Below, piece by piece: positions 1 to 8,197 of a DNA stretch of 49,426 nt (the stretch's first letter is position 1; the number at the start of each line of letters is the position of its first letter). The translations under genes were made by a program, and so were the position numbers. Source of the DNA: Myxococcota bacterium (GTDB taxonomy: Bacteria; Myxococcota; XYA12-FULL-58-9; JALHOP01); contig JBGGMJ010000149.1 of assembly GCA_041288095.1 (NCBI GenBank), positions 1-49,426 of the forward strand, written 5' to 3'. The notes under the pieces are model-generated. The model did no database searches and was not told the DNA's origin. It saw only the letters and a list, made by a program, of their open reading frames with translations.

Positions 1-2
1 AC

Positions 3-503
3 GCCGGCATCCTGCGCGACGGCCTGCTCGTGAAGAAGGATCGCACGACCGGCGAGATCACCACGTTGTCGCGCGAGCAGTGGCAAGCGGTCATCGACAT
101 CAACCTTACCGGCGCCACCTTCATGGTTCGCGACGTGGTGGCGAGCATCGCCCGCAACGAGGCAGGCCCCGGATTCGTCATCAACATGTCGTCGGTTGCC
201 CGTCACGGTAACCGCGGGCAATCGAACTACACCGCCGCCAAGGCCGCTTTAGCAGCCAATACCGTCACCTGGGCCCGCGAGTTCGCCCCCTTCAAGGTGC
301 GTGTGGGTGCGATCGCCCCCGGCATGATCGAAACGCCCATGACGCAGGGCATGAATCAGAAGGCCCGTGACGCCCTCGTGGCGGCGGTTCCGGTCGGCCG
401 CATCGGCGAGCCGCACGACATTTGGTTGGGGGTCAAATTCATCATCGAATGCGACTACTTCAACGGACGTGTGCTGGACATCGATGGTGGCCTGCAGTTC
501 TGA
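3..503 (+). CDS. Short-chain dehydrogenase/reductase, FabG-like (5' truncated by window edge)
   Basis: Frame open from base 3 (AGILRDG..); catalytic YTAAK (YxxxK), NMSS, GMIETPM and VLDIDGG SDR motifs. Confidence 0.9.
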   Translation, partial: AGILRDGLLVKKDRTTGEITTLSREQWQAVIDINLTGATFMVRDVVASIARNEAGPGFVINMSSVARHGNRGQSNYTAAKAALAANTVTWAREFAPFKVRVGAIAPGMIETPMTQGMNQKARDALVAAVPVGRIGEPHDIWLGVKFIIECDYFNGRVLDIDGGLQF

Positions 504-522
504 GACCGGGTACCGTCTAGGC

Positions 523-1845
523 ATGAACATTCGCACCGCCTTGGTGTTGTCGTTCGTTTGCCTTTCTTCCTCCATCGCCCAAGCCCAGCAAGGTAGTCAG
601 CTGGTTGCGCGCCATAGCGGCAAGTGCGCCACGGTCGAGAGCACACGCACCGGCACACAGGTCGTGCAGCGTACCTGCGACACGCAGCGCGCCGATCAGC
701 AATGGCAGGTCCGCGCGAGCGGAGCTGGCGCAGCCGCGACAATCGTCTCCGTCGCGACCAACATGTGCCTCGACGTCGAAGGCGCTTCCACCGCGGAAGG
801 CGCCCACGTGAAAGCATTCGCGTGCAAGTCGACCAACAACTTCAACCAGCAATGGGTCATGCGCTCGACGCCACGCGGCACCCAGCTCGTCGCCATGCAC
901 AGCCAGCGCTGCTTGAACGTCGCCGGAGCGGACTCGGCCGACGGGGCCCGTCTCGTCCAGGGCGATTGCGGCGACCGCGAGCATCAGCTCTTCGATCTGC
1001 GGGCGGCTACCGGCGGCGGCTATGGCTACGGTCCGAGCACCAGTCCTTCGACAAGCTCGGGCGGCGAGCCCCTCATCGGCGAGTGGCGTTGGTTCAACGG
1101 CGCCACCATCACCGTCCGCTCCAACGGGACCATGCAGGGCACCAACAACCAGCGCGGCAAGTGGACGCGCGAGCCCAACAACCGCTACGTCCTTACCTGG
1201 GACGAAGGCTGGATCGATCGCGTGCTCCTCTCGGGTGACAGCCGCCGGCTCCAGGGCAGTAACCAGCACGGCACGCAGGTCTCCGCCGAGCGTATCGGTA
1301 GCGCTCCGAGCGTGGAGTCCGACAGCACGGTGGATCGCGAGCGCCGTGATCCGACGCCGTCGCAGCCAGACCTGCGCCCGCGCATGCAGGGCGATCGGCG
1401 CGACTGCGGCACCGGCAACGACGACCCCGGCTGCAACATGCAGCGCAACGGCGACTATCCGATGGAAGGCACCGCGTTCAATGCGATGCTCACCGGCATC
1501 AAGTCGACGCCCGCGGAGCCGCAGCGCGTGAACATGGTCCGCCAGATGGTCGTCAACAAGTGGATCACGGCGCAGCAGCTCGGCGTCATCATCGACCTGT
1601 TCCGCAGCGAGACCCAGGCGCTCGAAGCGGTGCGCGGTGCCGCCCATCGGGTCATCGATCGCGACAATCTATCGGTGAACATCACCAAGTTCCGCAGCAC
1701 GCCCAACAAGCAGGCCTACACCAAGATCATCGCCGCGCTCAGCAACACCAACGGCACCAACGACCGGCTCGACTCGCCGCGAGACACCAGCAGCAACAGC
1801 ACCATGAATCCCCCACCGCAGCGCCTGGACATGCGCCGCCGTTAG
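523..1845 (+). CDS. Secreted protein with ricin-B (beta-trefoil) lectin domain and C-terminal DUF4476-like domain
   Basis: Signal peptide MNIRTALVLSFVCLSSSIAQA; QQW/QLF trefoil repeats with CLDV/CLNV; C-terminal M..F..ML..IK...ITAQQL..II.LF..IDRDN pattern resembles DUF4476. Confidence 0.8.
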   Translation: MNIRTALVLSFVCLSSSIAQAQQGSQLVARHSGKCATVESTRTGTQVVQRTCDTQRADQQWQVRASGAGAAATIVSVATNMCLDVEGASTAEGAHVKAFACKSTNNFNQQWVMRSTPRGTQLVAMHSQRCLNVAGADSADGARLVQGDCGDREHQLFDLRAATGGGYGYGPSTSPSTSSGGEPLIGEWRWFNGATITVRSNGTMQGTNNQRGKWTREPNNRYVLTWDEGWIDRVLLSGDSRRLQGSNQHGTQVSAERIGSAPSVESDSTVDRERRDPTPSQPDLRPRMQGDRRDCGTGNDDPGCNMQRNGDYPMEGTAFNAMLTGIKSTPAEPQRVNMVRQMVVNKWITAQQLGVIIDLFRSETQALEAVRGAAHRVIDRDNLSVNITKFRSTPNKQAYTKIIAALSNTNGTNDRLDSPRDTSSNSTMNPPPQRLDMRRR

Positions 1846-1852
1846 CGACGCT

Positions 1853-3079
1853 TCAAGGTGCCGTGCGGGTCATCGCGGTGCCCGGCGATGGCGGCGGAGG
1901 AGCTCCCGCCGCCCCGGTCCGTAGCTGTCCGCAGCGCGAGAGCAGCACCGCGCCCGCGCCGACCAGCGACGCCATGAAGACCACGATGGTGCCGAAGACC
2001 GGCAGTAGCGTGTCGACGAGCGTCAGGATGACGAAGCCCAGCGCCAGCGCCGCGAACATGGTCTTCTTGTTCTTGAAGAGCGGTAGGCGCTCGCCGATCC
2101 ATACCGCCACGACGGTGAAGCCGAGGATCAACATCACCAGGAAGGCGACGACCGCCACCGGCGCGAGCGGGATGCCGATGATCGTCACCACCAAGAGGAT
2201 GCACATCGGGATGATGGCAACCAACGCCGCGATGCCCGCCAAGGCGGACACGAAGGGGCGCTCGGCGACGAAGCTCCGCATCACCGTCACACGCTCGGGA
2301 GCCAGCACGACGATCAGTGTCGCCAGCGCGAAGAGCACCAGGATGCGGATGATGCTCGCGACGAGGCTGATGAAGGTCCAGGCGGCGGCGCCTCTGTCGT
2401 GCTTGAACACGTTGCCGATGAAATGGGCGCTCGGAGCCAGGTTGACGCGGCTGCCACCGACCACCGCGCCGGGGTCGCTGTTGATGCTGCCGCCGATCGA
2501 CACCGCGTCGCCGTTCACGTAGGCGCCGGCTTCGAGGTGGACGTCGCCACCGACCGCGACGACGTCGTCCTCGACATAGCCGCCTGCCTCGATGATCACC
2601 GAGCCTCCGACCGCTACGGCGGACCGTACGTGTTGGCCGGCGCCGACCCGCAGGTCCTCACCGACGACCACCATTTCGCGGTCCGAGCCGCCGACGTCGA
2701 GGTCCGGACCGTCGTTGTCGTTGCTTTCGTCGTCTTGGTTCGCGGCTTCGGCCTCTTCGGCTGCTTCGTCGTGCTCTTCGAGCAAGCGTTCGGCTTCTTC
2801 GGCGCGGCGCTCGGCATCGCGCACCTGGCGTTCGGCATCGCGTAGGGCTCGGCGCGCGTCTTGCCGCGCGCGACGGGCGATATCACGCGGTGATTCGCCG
2901 GTGGGCGGCGGCGCTACCGGCGCTACCGGCGGCGGCGGCGGCACCGGCGGCGTCACGGTGATCTTCGGCGCGGGCGGCGGTGGGGAGGGTGGGGTGGTCT
3001 GGGCGAACGCCGGCAAGGCCACGAGAGCGGCCAGGACCAACGCATTCCACTTCGCGAGTCTCATCATCATCGTCTTCAT
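1853..3079 (-). CDS. Membrane protein: signal peptide, Pro-rich linker, coiled coil, bactofilin/polymer-forming-like beta-helix repeats, ~5 C-terminal TM helices
   Basis: Start MKTMMMRLAKW..ALPAFA; repeats AVAVGGSVII / VVAVGGDVHL / AVSIGGSINS; hydrophobic C-terminus; third gene of ECF operon. Confidence 0.8.
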   Translation of the reverse strand: MKTMMMRLAKWNALVLAALVALPAFAQTTPPSPPPPAPKITVTPPVPPPPPVAPVAPPPTGESPRDIARRARQDARRALRDAERQVRDAERRAEEAERLLEEHDEAAEEAEAANQDDESNDNDGPDLDVGGSDREMVVVGEDLRVGAGQHVRSAVAVGGSVIIEAGGYVEDDVVAVGGDVHLEAGAYVNGDAVSIGGSINSDPGAVVGGSRVNLAPSAHFIGNVFKHDRGAAAWTFISLVASIIRILVLFALATLIVVLAPERVTVMRSFVAERPFVSALAGIAALVAIIPMCILLVVTIIGIPLAPVAVVAFLVMLILGFTVVAVWIGERLPLFKNKKTMFAALALGFVILTLVDTLLPVFGTIVVFMASLVGAGAVLLSRCGQLRTGAAGAPPPPSPGTAMTRTAP

Positions 3080-3117
3080 GTACGCGCTGCCGGCCGAGTT
3101 ATTTCGATACGCGGAGA

Positions 3118-3624
3118 TCAACGCCCGGCCTCCTGCGCTGGCGAGGTCATCCACATGAGACGCGCCAGAACACTCAAGCCCCCAATGAGCAAGGCTGCCT
3201 GAACGGCAATCAACGTCAGGCCCGGCGACGACGGCGAGCTCACGGCGCGCATCAGGCTCAAGACCACTTCGCCGAGCGCCCGCACCGCGACGGCCCATGA
3301 CGAAACGCCGGCGACGATGTCCGTCCACGCGGACAAGGCGAGCACCGCCAAGGGCAGGAGCATGGCCGCGATGCCGCCGAAGGCGAGCACCGGCGCGCGA
3401 TAGGTCTGGTGGCTCATCTCGACGGCATAGGCGCTAGTGACGCGCGCCAAGAAGTCCTCGGGGGCGGCGGGTTGCGGCACGGTGGCGAGCCACGCGGTGA
3501 GACCTTGCTCGGCCGCCAGCGCCCCGGCGCATAGCGCGCACGCCGCGAGATGCGCTGCTTCCGCGTCGTCGGGAGTCGACGCGACGGCGAGCTCCATGAG
3601 TCGTTGATCATCGATGTGGCTCAT
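3118..3624 (-). CDS. Anti-sigma factor, zinc-binding (ZAS/zf-HC2) type, membrane anchored
   Basis: HLAACALC (HxxxCxxC) near N-terminus, two or more TM segments, 4-bp overlap with ECF sigma gene. Confidence 0.85.
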   Translation of the reverse strand: MSHIDDQRLMELAVASTPDDAEAAHLAACALCAGALAAEQGLTAWLATVPQPAAPEDFLARVTSAYAVEMSHQTYRAPVLAFGGIAAMLLPLAVLALSAWTDIVAGVSSWAVAVRALGEVVLSLMRAVSSPSSPGLTLIAVQAALLIGGLSVLARLMWMTSPAQEAGR

Positions 3625-4199
3625 GAAGCACTTCCCCTCGCGACCGGCACCTGCGCTTCTTCGAGGGCCTTCCGGAGCTGCGCGCGGCCGCGGTGCAGCC
3701 AGGTCATGACCGTCCCCATCGGGACGTTCATGATCTTAGCGATCTCATCATAGCTCAAGCCCTCCCAATGATAGAGCGCGATGGCTTCGCGTGGCCCGTC
3801 GGCGAGCTTCGAATGCGCTTGCTTGAGCTGGCCGAGCTGCTCGCGTGTCGCCAGTGTCGCCTCCGCATCGGGGTGCTCGTCGGCGGGGTCGAGCGGCCGG
3901 TCGTCCTCGGCGAGCACCGGCTTGTGCTTGCGAACGCGGTCGATGCAGAGGCGCCGCGCGATGGTGAGCAGCCATGGCAGGATGGGACGCGTCGGATCGA
4001 ACCGCTCGCGGTGCACGAACGCGCGCATGAAGGTCTCTTGCGCCAAGTCTTGTGCCTCCTCGGCGCCGTATCGCAGGCACAAGCGATAGACAGCGTTCTG
4101 ATAGCGGGTCACGAGATCCGCGAATGCCCGCGCGTCCCCCCGGGTGGCGCGTTCGGCTAGACGTCGCTCGTCGACCGCGTTTCCCGATGTGTCACTCAT
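3621..4199 (-). CDS. ECF RNA polymerase sigma factor (SigW/RpoE-like)
   Basis: Region 2 AQDLAQETFMRAF..WLLTIARRLCID; region 4 GLSYDEIAKIMNVPMGTVMTWLHRGR. Confidence 0.95.
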   Translation of the reverse strand: MSDTSGNAVDERRLAERATRGDARAFADLVTRYQNAVYRLCLRYGAEEAQDLAQETFMRAFVHRERFDPTRPILPWLLTIARRLCIDRVRKHKPVLAEDDRPLDPADEHPDAEATLATREQLGQLKQAHSKLADGPREAIALYHWEGLSYDEIAKIMNVPMGTVMTWLHRGRAQLRKALEEAQVPVARGSAS

Positions 4200-4223
4200 T
4201 CGCGCGTGCGCTCGCGTTGGGGA

Positions 4224-4249
4224 TACGGGTGAGGAGCCGGACTATTTCA
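4224..4249 (-). promoter_or_regulatory. Putative autoregulatory ECF promoter TGAAAT-N16-CGTA
   Basis: Minus strand TGAAAT agtccggctcctcacc CGTA, 24 nt before the sigma ATG; one mismatch to the Bacillus SigW consensus TGAAAC-N16-CGTA. Confidence 0.7.
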
Positions 4250-4385
4250 CTGGGTTCTCTATTTCATGCCGCCGCCGGTCCGAAGCAACCCAAGGCACGG
4301 TTCGTTTTTGCCACGCTACCCGCTCCAGCGGGTCAGCTTGGAACCCGAAGAGCATCGGGGCCACGCAGAATTGCCGAGCTTCGGC

Positions 4386-4401
4386 GGGTATGTCGTTTGC
4401 A
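4386..4401 (+). promoter_or_regulatory. Putative sigma54 -24/-12 promoter of BON gene
   Basis: GGGTATG-TCGT-TTGCA: GG-N10-GC spacing with TTGCA. Confidence 0.45.
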
Positions 4402-4444
4402 GGTGCGTCGCCCCGAAGTTCAACAACTTGGGGGGGATTCAGTC

Positions 4445-5251
4445 ATGGCGATGAGAGAAAAAGGCGGCGAGCGTTGGCGCAATGAGCACGAGAGACCGAG
4501 TGGCGGCCCGGGCTCGCACGACGACATCTCCGAGCACGGACGATCGAGCGAATACGGCGCGAACTTTCGCGACGAAAGCATGTTCGGCGGCGACCGCTCG
4601 CAGTACGGGCGCTATGGTGCGAACGAGCACTACCAGGGCAACGACGCGGGCGTGCCGTATCAGGCCAATCGCTACGGCTCGGATCAGAACCGTGGCCCCT
4701 ACGGCCGCGAGTACGGCAATCGCATGAGCAACTCGATTCCAGACTACGACTCGAGCATGTACGGTAGCGGTCAGAGCTATGGGAACCGCGACGCCATGCG
4801 CTCGTGGCGCCAGAGCTCGAACCATGTCGGTCAGTCCAGTTATGGAATGCGCGATCGCGGACAGCATGAAGGCGGCCACGACGAGTCCATGCTGGAGAAG
4901 GTAGGTCGCTTCTTCGGCATTGGTCCGAAAGGCTACAAGCGTTCCGACTCGCGTATCCAAGAGGACGCCAACGACGCCTTGATGGACGACGCGTTCGTCG
5001 ACGCGACCCACATCGAGGTGAACGTCAAGGACTCCGAGATCACCCTCGAGGGCTACGTCGAGGACCGTGAAACGAAGCGGCGCGCCGAAGACGTGGTCTG
5101 CAAGGTGCGTGGCGTCAAGGATTGCCACAATCACCTGAAGATCCGTCCGCTATCGCAGTCGACCATCGGCAACACGCTGGACGACAGCAGCACGACGACG
5201 AACGGCCAGGGAGAGCGGAAAGACCGCAATCGTCAGAGCTCCGTGAGCTAG
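4445..5251 (+). CDS. BON domain protein with long disordered G/S/Y/R-rich N-terminus
   Basis: GPKGYKRSDSRIQEDANDAL..IEVNVKDSEITLEGYV..KRRAED..VRGVKDCHNHLKI BON signature; G-rich RBS before ATG 4445. Confidence 0.9.
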   Translation: MAMREKGGERWRNEHERPSGGPGSHDDISEHGRSSEYGANFRDESMFGGDRSQYGRYGANEHYQGNDAGVPYQANRYGSDQNRGPYGREYGNRMSNSIPDYDSSMYGSGQSYGNRDAMRSWRQSSNHVGQSSYGMRDRGQHEGGHDESMLEKVGRFFGIGPKGYKRSDSRIQEDANDALMDDAFVDATHIEVNVKDSEITLEGYVEDRETKRRAEDVVCKVRGVKDCHNHLKIRPLSQSTIGNTLDDSSTTTNGQGERKDRNRQSSVS

Positions 5252-5254
5252 CGC

Positions 5255-7048
5255 TCACTGGAGCAAGCGGTCGACCTGCTTGCAGTAACCGCCGATGGCG
5301 TCGTGGATGCGTGAGAGCTCCGCGGCGTCATCGGCCTCCGCTTGGCATGCCGCGAGCTCACCGAGCTTGAAGGCGATGTATGCGAGCATGAACGCGCGCA
5401 AGGCGGGGCGGGGTAGGCGTGTGCCGCCGAGGCCGGCCTCGACCTCGGCGACGACGGCGCGCGCTTCCTTGCGACCGAGGTCCCACTCGACGAGGAGCGA
5501 GGCGACGTCCCACAAGACCGGTTGCACGCCGACGACGGTATGGCCGTGGGCGGTGGCGGCGCTGCCGACACGCGCGATGGCACCCTCGCTGGTGCGCATC
5601 CAGCAGCGAGGCGCGAGGTCGTAATCGAACGCCGCTCGCGCCCAGGCTGGCGGCAGCACGCTACCAGCCTCGACATAGGCGGCGGCGCGCTTGGCGGCGC
5701 TATCTCCCAAGGCATCGGCGAGATGGCGCGAAGCCCAGTCGGCGCGCCGGAGCTGCGCCGCGGCGAGCGCGGCGGAGTCGAGCGGCAGACCGGCCATGGC
5801 GCTGACGTAGTGCGAGAGCGACGAAAGCAGCTTTGCGTCGACATCGCTCGGGCGCAGCGCCGTGCCTTCGAGCCACGGCCGCGCGAGGTACCCGGCGACC
5901 ATGCCGATGGGCGCGGGCGCGAAGCCGCCGAAGGTACGCTGCTCGCACGCGGCGAGTGCCTGCGCCACCATGCTCTGGCCGTCGATGGTCGCGGTGCCGC
6001 CGAACTCGAGCGCCAGCGAGCCCGAGGTCGTGCGTACGCGATAGCGGCTGGTCGCGAAGCGGCCGCGGCTTGGCGGCCAATCTCCGGGGTCGTCGTACGC
6101 GAGCCGCCGCCAATCTTCGTCAGGCAAGAGCTCGGCGCGGACTCCCAAAGTGTTCGCGAGCTCGTGGTTCAAATGCTCGCGGAGAGTGCGCCCCCCGAAG
6201 ATCGGCGCCGTCACCGGCACCGAGAAGATAGCGACCTCGTTCCACATGGCGCGCACGTCGGGCGACGCCTTGGGGCCGGGCCCGTTCCTGTGGCTCGGCA
6301 GGAAGGCGATGGCCTCTCGGGGTAGACCCAGACGCTCGAGCGCGAAGCCGACGGCGGCCATCGACGAGCCGGAGGTCCAAGGCCCCTCGTCGACGACGAT
6401 GGCATGACTGGCGCCCGCGAGGACGTTCTTGTCGAGCACGAGCTCTCGCGACGTCGGCGATCCGCTGGGGCGGACAGTCATTCGATGATTGTCGATGCCG
6501 GCGCAGTCGAGCGCGGCGGCGACAATCGCCGACAGGGTCGTGCCGATGCTGCGCACGCCGACGACGAGCACCGAGCCCGTGAGCCGCGCTTTCCGCGCAC
6601 CGATGAACGCCCATGTCGCCGCGCAATATTGTTCGGGGTACAGCGAGTTGTAAGCGAAGCCCTCGGGGATCTTGAGGATGGCGTGCTTCGGCTCGACCCG
6701 CGCCCGCGTCTCGCGCTTCAGCGCATGCACGTAGGTACGCGGAGGCTGCACTCGCGTCGCTTCGGCGAGCGCGCCGGCCTGAGCCGCGCTGCGTAGCCAG
6801 TCAGCGTGGAATGCGCGCGCCGCGAAGTCCGTGATGGCGTGCATCCGGGCGACGAAGGGGTGGGCCCGGTGATCGCGCTTGCCGGCGAGGGCATCGTGCG
6901 CCGCCTGCTCGACCATGCCGCTGGCGATGAGGAGCTCACGCAGAGCATCGGTCGGCGGATCGGCCGGCAGACGCGTCACTCGCGCCGCGAGGTCGCGCCA
7001 CAGTCGCGCTAGGTCGACTTCGATCTGCGGATCCCCGTAGACGTGCAT
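5255..7048 (-). CDS. Conserved hypothetical protein; PRTase-like domain plus degenerate phosphotransferase-like C-terminus
   Basis: Long ORF with GC-biased codons; motifs PEGFAYNSLYPE, VGVRSIGTTLS, AIVVDEGPWTSGSS; start MHVYGD chosen (alternative 7114). Confidence 0.7.
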   Translation of the reverse strand: MHVYGDPQIEVDLARLWRDLAARVTRLPADPPTDALRELLIASGMVEQAAHDALAGKRDHRAHPFVARMHAITDFAARAFHADWLRSAAQAGALAEATRVQPPRTYVHALKRETRARVEPKHAILKIPEGFAYNSLYPEQYCAATWAFIGARKARLTGSVLVVGVRSIGTTLSAIVAAALDCAGIDNHRMTVRPSGSPTSRELVLDKNVLAGASHAIVVDEGPWTSGSSMAAVGFALERLGLPREAIAFLPSHRNGPGPKASPDVRAMWNEVAIFSVPVTAPIFGGRTLREHLNHELANTLGVRAELLPDEDWRRLAYDDPGDWPPSRGRFATSRYRVRTTSGSLALEFGGTATIDGQSMVAQALAACEQRTFGGFAPAPIGMVAGYLARPWLEGTALRPSDVDAKLLSSLSHYVSAMAGLPLDSAALAAAQLRRADWASRHLADALGDSAAKRAAAYVEAGSVLPPAWARAAFDYDLAPRCWMRTSEGAIARVGSAATAHGHTVVGVQPVLWDVASLLVEWDLGRKEARAVVAEVEAGLGGTRLPRPALRAFMLAYIAFKLGELAACQAEADDAAELSRIHDAIGGYCKQVDRLLQ

Positions 7049-7161
7049 GCGAGGGGCATGAGGTACTCGGGATGCACGCCCCAAGACAAGCGAACCGGTA
7101 GATCGGCGCCGCACCGATGGCGTAGCCGCCGCAAATCAGCGTACAATTCACGGGTCGCGCT

Positions 7162-7238
7162 GCGCCCGTAGCTCAGGTGGATAGAGCACCGGCCTTCTAA
7201 GCCGGTGGTCACAGGTTCGAATCCTGTCGGGCGCGCCA
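7162..7238 (+). tRNA. tRNA-Arg(TCT)
   Basis: Acceptor GCGCCCG/CGGGCGC, D-arm GCTCAGGTGGATAGAGC, anticodon arm CCGGC-CTTCTAA-GCCGG, T-loop TTCGAAT, encoded CCA. Confidence 0.97.
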
Positions 7239-7271
7239 CCCTTGCTCCGGCGATGACGCGCTACTGGCGGT

Positions 7272-8078
7272 TCAGCCGGCGTAGTCGAACAGCAGCCGGC
7301 CGTTCGGCGCGACGGCCGAGAACGTCGAGACGCTGGAGTAGTCGCAGAGTATGTACGCCTTCTTGCCGTCGACCACGAAGGCTCGCGCGCCGCAGGTGTC
7401 CGAGCAGCGACGCGACAGGAAATCGTACTGAGCGCGGACCGCGGGCGGCAGCGCGCTCGCCTCGACCTCACGACCTAGCTCATCGCCCTTTTCGCGGGAG
7501 GCCGTGAAAGCGGCCTCGGCCTTCTTGATCCAGGCGGCGTCGCTGATGTCGCCCTTCTTGTCGTACTGCATGGTGCAGACGACCGCGCCGGGCTTGCCGT
7601 CGGCGTCCACCCATTTCATCGTCAAGCGATACTGGTCGTCGGCGGTGATCTGGGCTTGCGACAGTGTTTTGCCCTTTGCGTCGAGTGCAGTGAACACCAC
7701 GGCGGCCTCGTCGTTGGCGCCGCTCAGGACGTAGACCCGCTCCTTGCCGAGCTTGAGCACGCCGACGGAGCAGCCCTGGCCGCTGCCGGTGTTCACTTCG
7801 GCGAAGGCTTCCAAGGCCGCGGCGACCGCCTTTGGCAGCGCCGTTTCCTTCACGTCGCCGAGGCTCGAGAGGAAGCCGAACCCGGCCTTGGTGATGGCGT
7901 TGCGGACCGCCTCGTCGAGCCCAATGCGCGCCTTCTTACCCGATGGGGCGCTCTCCCAGACGCGGCTCGAGCCGGAGTTCTGTGCGGGTGCGTGCCCAGC
8001 CCGCTGCGGGGGGGCTTGCGTCGTGGTTTGGGCGACTTCTCGAATGCGGACGGACTTCGCGGCGGGGACGGTGGTCAT
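7272..8078 (-). CDS. Hypothetical protein with low-complexity N-terminus and two internal repeats
   Basis: GGAGAG RBS before MTTVPAAK; repeats ALPKAV..VYVL..FTALDAKGKTL and ALPPAV..AYIL..FSAVAPNGRLL. Confidence 0.75.
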   Translation of the reverse strand: MTTVPAAKSVRIREVAQTTTQAPPQRAGHAPAQNSGSSRVWESAPSGKKARIGLDEAVRNAITKAGFGFLSSLGDVKETALPKAVAAALEAFAEVNTGSGQGCSVGVLKLGKERVYVLSGANDEAAVVFTALDAKGKTLSQAQITADDQYRLTMKWVDADGKPGAVVCTMQYDKKGDISDAAWIKKAEAAFTASREKGDELGREVEASALPPAVRAQYDFLSRRCSDTCGARAFVVDGKKAYILCDYSSVSTFSAVAPNGRLLFDYAG

Positions 8079-8101
8079 GGTCTCTCCGGGGTAGGTCGCG
8101 A

Positions 8102-8128
8102 TTTTCGCCGCCGAGAGGCGCAGGTTGC
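8102..8128 (-). promoter_or_regulatory. Shared motif copy 1: GCAAC-N16-CGAAAA
   Basis: Minus strand GCAAC ctgcgcctctcggcgg CGAAAA, 23 nt upstream of ATG 8078. Confidence 0.65.
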
Positions 8129-8197
8129 TCCCTTCCGAGAACGGGGAGTGTCCGCATGACATCTCTCGACGACGAAACGGCCAGTCCGGGCCCCGCC

